DNA of 64,000 nt from an uncultured virus (IMG/VR IMGVR_UViG_3300044608_000911) (lineage: Duplodnaviria; Heunggongvirae; Uroviricota; Caudoviricetes). The stretch lies in the IMG/VR virus record IMGVR_UViG_3300044608_000911; one strand, 5' to 3'. A program made the translations under genes and the position numbers. The notes beneath the pieces were generated by a model. It was not told where the DNA came from. It made no database searches and saw only the letters and a program-made list of their open reading frames with translations. Positions 27,016 to 36,024 of this stretch are shown here, one piece after another. Each line of letters opens with the position of its first letter. Position 1 is the stretch's first letter.

Positions 27016-27930
27016 TCATGCCGCAGTTACTGTTAGTGTTGCTGCGTCAGAGATAACTTCTTCGGCACCAGCAGATGATGTAAGTTTGACACGATACTCA
27101 TAACCATTAGCTGCTGTGGTAAGTCCAGTGAGAGCGAGTGAAGAACTCGTAGCACCAGAAACATTTGTCCAGCGAGCGGTGCTGCTTGTCTTACGCTGCC
27201 ATTGGTAAGTAAGAGAACCAGTTGAAGCAGCAGCAGTAACCGAGAATGTAGCAGCAGCAGTAGCAACAGTAGCAACTGTAATTGTAAGATCGTTGGTTGT
27301 ATCAACACCACCCAGAGCACTACCAAGAATAGTGATAGTTTCAGAAGCAGCATAACCAGAACCAGCGGCGGTTACTGTTACAGTGTAAACTCCACCAGCT
27401 CTTGCTACAGTAAATGTAGCGTTAGTTCCAGAACCAGAAGCCGTACCAGTTACTCCCGTGTATGAAGCTGTACCAGATGCTGCTGTTCCTGCGCGAGTAA
27501 CAGTAAGAATTCCACCAGCAGGTGTTTGTGTTGACTGGTTAGCAGGTTGTACCGAGATAGTGATAGCAGATGCTACGTCAGCAGCAACAACGTCATCAAG
27601 GTCAGCAGTATTAACAGGAGCATCTTTGAATGCTACTAGGTGCTGTGCTTTGTGGCGGGTCTTACCATCAGAATCAACATAAGTCATATACTCCCACCAA
27701 CCAGGAGCAGTTAAACCACGCTCTCTGTTTTCAGCAAGGGTTGCTTCTACGTCATCAATATAAACAGTTCTGCGAGCAGCAGTAGCATAACCCTGAGCAC
27801 CAGCAACTGTGCTGTCACCATCAACAATCAGGGTATTATCCCAGTCATACTTATCAACAGAGTTCTTCTCTGTGGTGTTTAGGACTGTCAAGCTTTGTGC
27901 GTTTGTTTCAGCGCGACTATACAGGGTCAT
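27016..27930 (-). CDS. virion structural protein with Ig-like domain
   Basis: ISVQPANQ...LTYQWQ...GYEYRV; TATAAATA promoter at 27966-27973. Confidence 0.75.
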   Translation of the reverse strand: MTLYSRAETNAQSLTVLNTTEKNSVDKYDWDNTLIVDGDSTVAGAQGYATAARRTVYIDDVEATLAENRERGLTAPGWWEYMTYVDSDGKTRHKAQHLVAFKDAPVNTADLDDVVAADVASAITISVQPANQSTQTPAGGILTVTRAGTAASGTASYTGVTGTASGSGTNATFTVARAGGVYTVTVTAAGSGYAASETITILGSALGGVDTTNDLTITVATVATAAATFSVTAAASTGSLTYQWQRKTSSTARWTNVSGATSSSLALTGLTTAANGYEYRVKLTSSAGAEEVISDAATLTVTAA

Positions 27931-27973
27931 GGATACACTCCAAATATTTACCGATTTCTAAAATTTATTTATA

Positions 27974-28002
27974 AAAAAGGGAGACCCTATTTATGGTCTC
28001 CC
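27974..28002 (-). terminator. terminator hairpin with TAAATA in loop
   Basis: GGGAGACC-ATAAATAG-GGTCTCCC-TTTTTT. Confidence 0.75.
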
Positions 28003-28151
28003 TTACGCAATAGAATTTTTAAGAAATTTGTAATTAAATCTAGCAATCCATTTTCCTCAAATCTTTTTGTTTTTGCCAACCACTCAGAAGCAGTTAGCAG
28101 AAGACCTAGGACTATGGTTACACCCCAGTTAGTTACTAAGCAGGTAATCAT
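27987..28151 (-). CDS. small membrane protein (54 aa)
   Basis: Not in ORF track; MITCLVTNWGVTIVLGLLLTASEWLAKTKRFEENG... Confidence 0.65.
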   Translation of the reverse strand: MITCLVTNWGVTIVLGLLLTASEWLAKTKRFEENGLLDLITNFLKILLRKGDHK

Positions 28152-28321
28152 GCCTGTGGTTTAAAAAGTTTATCTTTAACTAATTCATAAACTACATCAT
28201 CAATACTGTTGTCCGTTGATTTTACATACTTACCAAGAAGTTCAAGAACAAGGTTCTTTACTGCTGGATGTGTAGCAATCTGAAGAAGAATTGGTTTTAC
28301 AACCGCTACTACTGCGCCCAT
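28148..28321 (-). CDS. small hypothetical protein (57 aa)
   Basis: Not in ORF track; MGAVVAVVKPILL...STDNSIDDVVYELVK, ATGA overlap. Confidence 0.7.
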   Translation of the reverse strand: MGAVVAVVKPILLQIATHPAVKNLVLELLGKYVKSTDNSIDDVVYELVKDKLFKPQA

Positions 28322-28352
28322 GGTTCTACTCTGAATGGAACAGAGCTATTTA

Positions 28353-28745
28353 TCAACCCTTACTCTTCATGTAATCGTTTGCCGTCTGGATGTAATCCGC
28401 CGCAAGGGTTATCTTGGATTGTACCCACTCTGGTAGATTGTCAGCAGGTTGTAGCATATCATGAAGTTCTTGAGCATTTCTAGCAATACCTTTTAGTTGG
28501 GTCTTTGCCATATCTCCTTCATAATCATACTCACCCTTATCATAGTTTTCTCTTTTGATATCTGGGTGAGGAGCATAGAGTGGTCCAGGATAGTTACCAG
28601 CAAAGTTTTCGTTGGTAACTTTTGTGGTCATACCCTTGACACCATCCTTAACAGTTGGCATCACTTCAACAGTTGCTTTCTTCTTACCTTTACGTTCTTT
28701 CTTTTCGCAACCGCACTCTTCGCAGAACTGTCTAAAGGATTTCAT
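28353..28745 (-). CDS. hypothetical, possible internal head protein
   Basis: MKSFRQF start, EGDMAK..LPEWVQSKITLAADY. Confidence 0.7.
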   Translation of the reverse strand: MKSFRQFCEECGCEKKERKGKKKATVEVMPTVKDGVKGMTTKVTNENFAGNYPGPLYAPHPDIKRENYDKGEYDYEGDMAKTQLKGIARNAQELHDMLQPADNLPEWVQSKITLAADYIQTANDYMKSKG

Positions 28746-29485
28746 GACTTTTTCTTCATCGCCATGATTTTGCTGATCTTCTTACGACGAGCATGTAGGT
28801 ACTTATCTGACTTATCCTTATCACCGTCGTTATCAATATCTCCATCTTCCTTGCCGACAGGATCCATCTTCTCAGAAAGTTCAACTTCTTCCTTCTTCAT
28901 CTTGTTCTTATGCTTCCAAGCAGTAGCATAAGCAATTGACTTTTCTTTATCGGTTAGCTCACCATCTTTAGAATATGATTTCTTGATGTGCTTGACCATA
29001 CGCTCCGACTTAGCACCAGGAGGGGCAACCTCAGCAAGGTCTTCCTCACCTTCATACTCAAGACCAGCCTTGACGCAGTTATTGACTTCCTTATCACCCT
29101 TTACCTTAGTACCTTGCTTCTTATATCCTTTCCAGCAAGTTTTGAAACCGTTGTCATCTTTGCCATCCATCTTGACTTTCTCAAGAACATAGATGACACC
29201 ATCAATTTCGTACTCTTCAGTTTCTAGAACCTCATACTCTTCCTTGGTTGCCAACTGTGCCTTTGGACTTTCTTTCTTGGCAGTCTTTTTCTTGGTGGTA
29301 GTGTGCTCAATCTCTGCGCCGTGTGATTGAGGATCCATACCATCAAATGCTTCAACAAGGTGAAGATCTACTGGTTGAGTATTCTGGAAGCAATCACCTC
29401 CCATCCACCTGCCGTATGCTTCCATCAAATTAGATGAAAACTCGTCGCTGTTTTGAATTGAATTAATTGGTTTCTGGTACTTCAT
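28742..29485 (-). CDS. modular Lys/Glu-rich protein, possible internal head protein
   Basis: CWKGY..NCVK, AYATAWK, DIDNDGD modules. Confidence 0.7.
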   Translation of the reverse strand: MKYQKPINSIQNSDEFSSNLMEAYGRWMGGDCFQNTQPVDLHLVEAFDGMDPQSHGAEIEHTTTKKKTAKKESPKAQLATKEEYEVLETEEYEIDGVIYVLEKVKMDGKDDNGFKTCWKGYKKQGTKVKGDKEVNNCVKAGLEYEGEEDLAEVAPPGAKSERMVKHIKKSYSKDGELTDKEKSIAYATAWKHKNKMKKEEVELSEKMDPVGKEDGDIDNDGDKDKSDKYLHARRKKISKIMAMKKKS

Positions 29486-29487
29486 CT

Positions 29488-29715
29488 TTATGGTAAAGTT
29501 CTTCTCGTATTATTTATAGTCCTGATATTCTTGATCCACTCTCGGAACATCTCACCATCTTCTGTAATGATGATGGCATAGTTTCCACCAACACGATGAA
29601 TGGTTCCTTTCTCACCGTTGCGTGAAGACATTACAGTATCACCTTCTTTGAAAACTTCCTGCTGTCTTTGCTGTTGACGCAGGGCTTCTTCACGTAGTTT
29701 CTTAAAGTCTTTCAT
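29488..29715 (-). CDS. small SH3/KOW-like hypothetical protein
   Basis: FKEGDTV...GTIHRVGGNY...WI. Confidence 0.7.
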   Translation of the reverse strand: MKDFKKLREEALRQQQRQQEVFKEGDTVMSSRNGEKGTIHRVGGNYAIIITEDGEMFREWIKNIRTINNTRRTLP

Positions 29716-30272
29716 TTAAATGTTTTTGGTAACCTACTCTTGATTTCGTTCATCAAATTCATACATTCTTTATCGTTCAAAGCTCTAGGAATACCAGAAC
29801 GAAATGTTTTGAAGTCGCCAGCAAATGCTGCTCTCCTCATTTTTGTCCCTGAGATGGCGAATGTATCACCGTCAGCATCTCTACTTCCAGAAGATTGGAT
29901 CTCAATGTTTCTGAAAGAAAAGTCTTTTCCGTTGTATTTATGGAGGAATTGCATGGCGCTGACCCGATCAGACCCCACAAGAAATACCACTTCATCATAT
30001 CCTGCTAGCATTAGGTCTTGTAAAATTTCGACTGGTTGTTTAGGACCAGAATGTATTTTACCTTTATGTTCTGGAAACATCTTGTTCATGTAACTAAGCT
30101 TCACATCTGGTGGCAAAGGATTAGTGCCTTTCGTATCTACAGTTTGTGAGATGTAGATGCGATAGTCATGCTGGCCAGCTGCTTGCTTTACACCATCAAA
30201 GTTTTCTTTGTGTCCAGTCGTTGGTGGTTGGAACCTACCAAACGTAAAGTAGCAAGTCTTTCCTATCGCCAT
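29712..30272 (-). CDS. cytidylyltransferase-like (HIGH-family) nucleotidyltransferase
   Basis: FGRFQPPTTGH, NPL, VGSDR, ISGTKMR. Confidence 0.9.
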   Translation of the reverse strand: MAIGKTCYFTFGRFQPPTTGHKENFDGVKQAAGQHDYRIYISQTVDTKGTNPLPPDVKLSYMNKMFPEHKGKIHSGPKQPVEILQDLMLAGYDEVVFLVGSDRVSAMQFLHKYNGKDFSFRNIEIQSSGSRDADGDTFAISGTKMRRAAFAGDFKTFRSGIPRALNDKECMNLMNEIKSRLPKTFK

Positions 30273-31468
30273 TGCTTTTGTAGAGTGAAGTTGTTGTAAG
30301 CAAACTCCAGACGATTGACAAACTTAATCATACTACCGTCTTTATGAAGAACATATCCTTCAGGAGTTGTGACCTTATATCCTTTCTCGGTCTGAACAAA
30401 AGTTCTAAACTCTTCAAGATGGTCTAACTTATCTATAACCATTTGTTTGACTGCTTGTAGTTCTTTGTATAGAGCAATCATGGTCTTGAATTTATAAACA
30501 TTATCAAGAAGATAGTTCTCACTCTTGTAAACAAGATTACGTTTCTTTGTCAAGTTATCAACTGTCTTGATCTTGGCAAGTTCTTTACTCATCTTATCAT
30601 GATAGAAATTTACTAACTCGTTGATAGTCTCATCAATGTTACTGATACTACGAGCATTCTTGATCTCACTGTTGAAGAACTGTTTTAGATAAGAAGAGAT
30701 GTGAAACTTAGCATCTCCTGTAGTTCCAAAGTTACTAACAAGATCGTCCAAGAAGTCTCCACATAACTGAGACATACGTTCAATCTTAGCAACATACCTA
30801 TCAAACCGCGCCATTTCTGACCTAGAAAACCCCACTCTATTCATTGGAGTATCATTGGCAATCACCGCTACTTCAGGAACTTTGTTGAACGTATTGATAG
30901 GAGCACCAGCTCGTGCTTGCATTTCTGCGAGCGAATCTCCAGTGTAGTGAGTATGAAATACTACACCAATTTTTGCTCTACCAACTTCTTTACCAATATC
31001 GTGGTCAGTAGGGATGCCATAAGTAATAGTGTTTGGTCTAAATGTATAGAGTTGTTCTCCATCTACCGTCTCCGTGTGCCTAGTAGAATCCGTAAAAAGT
31101 AAGTCACCTTGGATGACACCTTTAATGCCCAACTTACTGAAATAACGTAAAGAGTATTTCAGTTTCTCTGCGAGATCACCTTCATAATAAGAATCAACTG
31201 CTTTTTCTGTAGCGCACAGTTTTGGTTCAGTTTTATTAAATACTGATTTAGTACCAACAAAAAATACTCCAGATAAAGGATCCACACCACACACAACAGA
31301 AGGAGCTCCATCCCATTTGGTCTGCATAAACCCAGTGCTCTCTTGCTGTCCTAACATCTTTCTCAATTCCTTAAGGAAAGATACAGCTGCCTCACAACCC
31401 TCAACCCCATAGTTGAGCATCTCGTCTTCAAGGTGTTCTAAGTGCTTGAGTTGCTTGATGTTTGCCAT
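30263..31468 (-). CDS. ligase-like nucleotidyltransferase-fold protein (DUF6267-like)
   Basis: HLEHLED, TKWDGAP (KxDG), QGDLLF, EGYV, KFVNR. Confidence 0.75.
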   Translation of the reverse strand: MANIKQLKHLEHLEDEMLNYGVEGCEAAVSFLKELRKMLGQQESTGFMQTKWDGAPSVVCGVDPLSGVFFVGTKSVFNKTEPKLCATEKAVDSYYEGDLAEKLKYSLRYFSKLGIKGVIQGDLLFTDSTRHTETVDGEQLYTFRPNTITYGIPTDHDIGKEVGRAKIGVVFHTHYTGDSLAEMQARAGAPINTFNKVPEVAVIANDTPMNRVGFSRSEMARFDRYVAKIERMSQLCGDFLDDLVSNFGTTGDAKFHISSYLKQFFNSEIKNARSISNIDETINELVNFYHDKMSKELAKIKTVDNLTKKRNLVYKSENYLLDNVYKFKTMIALYKELQAVKQMVIDKLDHLEEFRTFVQTEKGYKVTTPEGYVLHKDGSMIKFVNRLEFAYNNFTLQKQWR

Positions 31469-31531
31469 CTATCTATAATACACAATTTTGGTTGGTTAGG
31501 AGGAAGCACAGGACAGTTCCAAAACTGTCCA

Positions 31532-33031
31532 TCAGTCCATAAGTTTTACATGAACTGATGATTTGTCAGTTTGAGATCCAGCATAGCAATATAGTGCTTT
31601 CATAATTTCATCTGCTTTTCCAGAAGTTAAAATACAATCCAATAACCGAAGACCCATCAATTTACTATATCTGTAAGATTGAGTTTGATTAGCAACTTCA
31701 GCTCTTGCTTGTACATCTCCAGGATATCCTGTTTTTGTATTTGTGCCACAATATTTACCAAGTAATTCAACTAGTTCATCATTAATACGATCCTTCTTGG
31801 ATTTATTTGTTGGTTTACAATCAGCCCAAAATGTTCTATTGTTCCAACCAGTTGTAATACCAGTATAAGATACATCGAGAGATTTTAAAATTTCAACAAT
31901 ACTTCCACCACCACAACGACCCTGCGCCGCAGATGCTCCTTTCTTTTCTATCTGCCAAGAAGGAGATGATGCCCCACCAAAATTTCTTGATTGAAATCTA
32001 TCTGCGTCTCCGCCACCTTTTTTCCAATAAAGATAGACATCCATCGGGAAAGCATCTTCACCACCAACTAATCTAGTATCTTTGAACTTTACCCAATATT
32101 GTCCCCACTTAACATCCTCCAGTTCTTTCATCTTATCATTTGGATCATAGTTCAAAACTTTTAGTTTTGCTGGCCCTTTTATTTTTTTCAGAGAAACACC
32201 AATTAGTTCTCTTTGTTCATATTTTTCTTTTATAAATTCGTTTATTGTGTCAACAGTTTTATGCTTATCCAAATCACTGGGATTGAATGTAGATGATACC
32301 ATCCAGATATCTGCTGGATTCCATTTATCTTCGGAAGAAAAGATTACCCTAACATTGGGATCTTTCATCATGCTTCTTCTAGCCCGTTGATATGCTTTTT
32401 TAATTTCTTTATCGTCTGGTCCACCACCTCTACAAAAAATATAATTCTTACCAGAATTATGAAAGGTTTGCCACAATTTGTTTGCTCCTCTGATGGAAGA
32501 TATTTGCCATTCTCTTGATAATTCATCTGGGAGCAATTGCTCAAAAGGCACATCAACATCAATTGTTCTTGATGCTTTCTCAAAATCACTCAAAGAAATG
32601 GGATGATCTTCATCTATTTCTCCTCTGTATACATTGAAAGCAAGGGCAGCATAAAGACATTGTGCCGCTTCATTTCTTGCTGTTTCAGCAGCTCCTCCTC
32701 CTGATCCACCACCTTCTGGTTTAATATCAATTCTTAAAGTTTTACTGCCAACAGCAATATCTAATTGGTTGCCAGTTCCTTTGGTATCAACAGCACTATA
32801 ACCCTTACTAGCAACATTTTGCGCGATCATAGATGCTGCTTTTGTTCTCTTTGCTCTCGGAACAATTACTTTAAGAGCAAAGAAAATTTTTGATCTGCCT
32901 GTAGGGTCGGCAATTTTTGTTACGTCAAAATTATAGAAAGAGAAATTTTCATCTCCCAAAGTATCCATAATATCACGAATTGCTTTTTTATATTCAGCAC
33001 CAAATCCAGATAAATCTAATTGTTTAGTCAT
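31532..33031 (-). CDS. putative PD-(D/E)xK endonuclease
   Basis: ETARNE helix, DKWNPADIW, GVSLKK; more AT-rich than neighbours; late-promoter/RBS hairpin upstream. Confidence 0.6.
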   Translation of the reverse strand: MTKQLDLSGFGAEYKKAIRDIMDTLGDENFSFYNFDVTKIADPTGRSKIFFALKVIVPRAKRTKAASMIAQNVASKGYSAVDTKGTGNQLDIAVGSKTLRIDIKPEGGGSGGGAAETARNEAAQCLYAALAFNVYRGEIDEDHPISLSDFEKASRTIDVDVPFEQLLPDELSREWQISSIRGANKLWQTFHNSGKNYIFCRGGGPDDKEIKKAYQRARRSMMKDPNVRVIFSSEDKWNPADIWMVSSTFNPSDLDKHKTVDTINEFIKEKYEQRELIGVSLKKIKGPAKLKVLNYDPNDKMKELEDVKWGQYWVKFKDTRLVGGEDAFPMDVYLYWKKGGGDADRFQSRNFGGASSPSWQIEKKGASAAQGRCGGGSIVEILKSLDVSYTGITTGWNNRTFWADCKPTNKSKKDRINDELVELLGKYCGTNTKTGYPGDVQARAEVANQTQSYRYSKLMGLRLLDCILTSGKADEIMKALYCYAGSQTDKSSVHVKLMD

Positions 33032-33073
33032 AAGAAAAAACCTCCCTGCTAGTATTTAGAGGGAGGTTGATAA

Positions 33074-33478
33074 TCAGAGGTCACCCTCTTCTCGGTTTTC
33101 ACTATAGTAGATATCAAACTGACCACCAGGATATCGCTTTTCAAGCTTCTTAACATTTCGTTCGAGCACCTCTTCAAAAGAAACTCCAAGTGCTTGAGTT
33201 GCTTGAGCAACATACCACAGGAGATCACCAAGTTCAATAATCATATGCTCTCGGTTATCTTCGTTGAAAGGTTTGCCCTGGAAAATCATTTTCTTAATGA
33301 TCTCAAGAAACTCACCACCTTCAGCATTAATACCGACGCCAGCAGTAAGCAGTCGTTCAATATTGGCACCCTTACGATCCAGCTCAACGAGACGATCAGA
33401 AAGGGCAACAAAGTCTGTAGAAGCGTCTGAAGTAACAGCATCCACAAACTTTTCATAACGGGCAAAATCAATAGTCAT
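33074..33478 (-). CDS. mazG: MazG nucleotide pyrophosphohydrolase
   Basis: AEGGEFLEIIKK, ELGDLLWY, NVKKLEKRYP. Confidence 0.95.
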   Translation of the reverse strand: MTIDFARYEKFVDAVTSDASTDFVALSDRLVELDRKGANIERLLTAGVGINAEGGEFLEIIKKMIFQGKPFNEDNREHMIIELGDLLWYVAQATQALGVSFEEVLERNVKKLEKRYPGGQFDIYYSENREEGDL

Positions 33479-34863
33479 ACATTCCACTCAGCAAATTTAG
33501 ATAAACGGTTTTGGGTTTGGGCAAATTGGGCGAACTCTTCGCCAGGGTCTTCACTATCAATGCTGATAGCGGAAGCATCGTCTGCTACATCATACAGCTT
33601 CATCTTCGCTCTGTCAATTCCCACCATGAATTTTCTAGAGGCAGTTGGGTCGTTGTATCGGTTTTTAAGTTGTTTGACCATGAGGCGACCTTGTTGTTCA
33701 AGCTCCTCAGTAGAGATAAGGGCAAACATAAAGTCAGCAGTGGCAGGAAGACCAAAAGACTCAGAAGTATCGGTAAGGTCAGGGTCACTATTACCGTAAC
33801 CACTACGAGTAGTTTGAGTAGCAGAGACAATTGGTACATTATGTTCCACAGCAAGACCGCGCAGCTCTTCAGCAATCGCTTTGACATACGTGTAAGAATT
33901 AACAATCGCACCCTTATACCTCGCGCTCGCACAAATGTTTAGATAATCCACAAAGATTATATCAGGTTTGAAATCTTTTTTCAAGGAAAGATCTGAGAGT
34001 AATGCCTTGAAGTGTCCGACGTGAGCAGACGCTGTTGGGTACTCTTTGATGATAAGTTTGCCTCTAGTTTTTCTAGCGATCTCTTGTACCTTAGAAGTAA
34101 AGAGAACTTCAGGCAGTTCAGCAATATCTTTGACATTTACATTCAATAGGTTTGCGTCAATTCGCTCAGCAATTTTCTCCTCTGCCATTTCACATGTAAT
34201 GTAGAGAACGTTGTAGTTCTGAGTGAGGGCGGCAGCAGCCACATGGCACATGAATAGAGACTTCCCGACGCCCGTACCAGCAAGAGCGATGTTGAGAGTT
34301 TTGTTAGGGAGACCACCTTTCGTAATGAAGTTAAATTTATCAAGGTCAAACGGGATCTTTTCTTCTTTGCGGTGGTAGAAATCATAGCGGTCTTCTGCTT
34401 GTTCAATATAGTCGTGTCCTATGTGTTCGTCAAACGATACTGCCAGGGCCTCTTGTAAGATACTGGGGATCGCATCCTTTGATAGTTTTTTATCACCTCC
34501 ATCTGCGATCTTGATGGACCGCATGAGAGCGAGATAGATTGCTCTGTCTTGACACCACTTTTCTGTGGCATCGAGGAGCCAGTTGAAATCAACCCACTCG
34601 TCTCCAAGGGACTTGAGGGTAGATAACGAACTCTGGAATGTGTCTTCTGTAAGATCGTTTCTAGATTGGAGGTTGATTGAGAGAACTTCTTGAGTAGGTA
34701 CTTTGTCATACTTACTGGCGAAGTCAGCAACCTCTTCAAATAAGATGCGTTCATGATATTCGTTGAAATAATCTGCTTTTAGAAAGGGAACTACCTTGCG
34801 GTAATACTCCTCGTTGAAGAGAAGATTACGCAAGATAGTTTCTTCGATACGTTCAATTGCCAT
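33475..34863 (-). CDS. g41: replicative DNA helicase gp41
   Basis: [33 protein letters not shown]. Confidence 0.97.
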   Translation of the reverse strand: MAIERIEETILRNLLFNEEYYRKVVPFLKADYFNEYHERILFEEVADFASKYDKVPTQEVLSINLQSRNDLTEDTFQSSLSTLKSLGDEWVDFNWLLDATEKWCQDRAIYLALMRSIKIADGGDKKLSKDAIPSILQEALAVSFDEHIGHDYIEQAEDRYDFYHRKEEKIPFDLDKFNFITKGGLPNKTLNIALAGTGVGKSLFMCHVAAAALTQNYNVLYITCEMAEEKIAERIDANLLNVNVKDIAELPEVLFTSKVQEIARKTRGKLIIKEYPTASAHVGHFKALLSDLSLKKDFKPDIIFVDYLNICASARYKGAIVNSYTYVKAIAEELRGLAVEHNVPIVSATQTTRSGYGNSDPDLTDTSESFGLPATADFMFALISTEELEQQGRLMVKQLKNRYNDPTASRKFMVGIDRAKMKLYDVADDASAISIDSEDPGEEFAQFAQTQNRLSKFAEWNV

Positions 34864-35866
34864 AGGAGAATTCTTTACGTGCTGCTTCTTCAAGTTGTGC
34901 CATTACTTCTTCGGTAAAGTACTTCTCGGGATCAGCAAGAATAACGGAAGGATAAACAGAGGATTCACCAACAACGATACGATTGCCCTTGCGAGTGAAT
35001 ACTCCGTGCTCCTCACCCAGTTCCAGTAGTCCGTAATAGCGATCCAATCCACGTTCATCAAAATAGAGTCTGGTTTCAACTTTACTACCTTCCTTCGTTA
35101 GACGGGATTTTTTAGCTTCACACTTGATGATATTACCAACAACTTCCGTTCCATCCTTCTCTTTCTTTTTACCAAGATAGATGATCGTGGAAGCGGCATA
35201 CTTCAGTCCAGTTCCACCACCCATTTCTTTAGTTGGAACATAGGATCCAATCACATCATAAGTGTGGTTGGTTACGATCATAGGAACATTTGCCTGACCC
35301 AGTTTCAGGGTAAGCACTCGGAAGGCACCTTTGATCAGTTGCGATTTAGTCATGTCACGAACTTGCTTGTCGTTGGCAACATCTTCCATCTCTTTGCTGG
35401 TGGAAAGCATACCAAGACTATCCAGAACAAATAGCATGGGCACACGCTCATCCTTTGGTTCTTTCATATACTTGTCGAGGATACGACAAGCTTGTGTCCT
35501 GAATTCTTCAATCGTTCCCACAGGCATGATGATCATGCGTCTAGAATCAATCCCACGACTTTCAATCATGTCACGAGAAATTGCTGATTCACTTTCAAAG
35601 TAAATGACGCCACCAGTAGGATTAGCAGCAAGGAAATTACGAACGACAGAAAGAGCAAAGAAAGTCTTTCCCGTGCTTGATTCTCCTGCCAGGGCAGTAA
35701 CCTTGTTGGAAGGAAGACCTCCAAACAACGAACCACTAACGAGGGCGTTAAAAATATAAGAGCCAGTATCAACGTAAGATGTAATGTCGCCAGCAGCAAC
35801 CCCGTCGCTAACAAAACCAGCAAACTCATTACCGCTTTCTTTGACTATAGTATCTAGGAATCCCAT
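34853..35866 (-). CDS. uvsX: RecA-like recombinase
   Basis: [20 protein letters not shown]. Confidence 0.96.
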   Translation of the reverse strand: MGFLDTIVKESGNEFAGFVSDGVAAGDITSYVDTGSYIFNALVSGSLFGGLPSNKVTALAGESSTGKTFFALSVVRNFLAANPTGGVIYFESESAISRDMIESRGIDSRRMIIMPVGTIEEFRTQACRILDKYMKEPKDERVPMLFVLDSLGMLSTSKEMEDVANDKQVRDMTKSQLIKGAFRVLTLKLGQANVPMIVTNHTYDVIGSYVPTKEMGGGTGLKYAASTIIYLGKKKEKDGTEVVGNIIKCEAKKSRLTKEGSKVETRLYFDERGLDRYYGLLELGEEHGVFTRKGNRIVVGESSVYPSVILADPEKYFTEEVMAQLEEAARKEFSYGN

Positions 35867-36024
35867 TGTTTTACCTCATCTTCATACATGTTTACATACG
35901 AGTAATTGTTACTCATCAGTTTAGCAAATGCCCTGGCGGTCTCATACTCGTCAAAACATTTGATGTTATCTGGACCAATCTGCCCTACAACATGATTGGT
36001 CCAACTCACAACCCAGACATTCAT
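35854..36024 (-). CDS. small hypothetical protein (56 aa)
   Basis: Not in ORF track; [11 protein letters not shown]...QWDS, ATGA overlap with gp43 stop. Confidence 0.55.
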   Translation of the reverse strand: MNVWVVSWTNHVVGQIGPDNIKCFDEYETARAFAKLMSNNYSYVNMYEDEVKQWDS

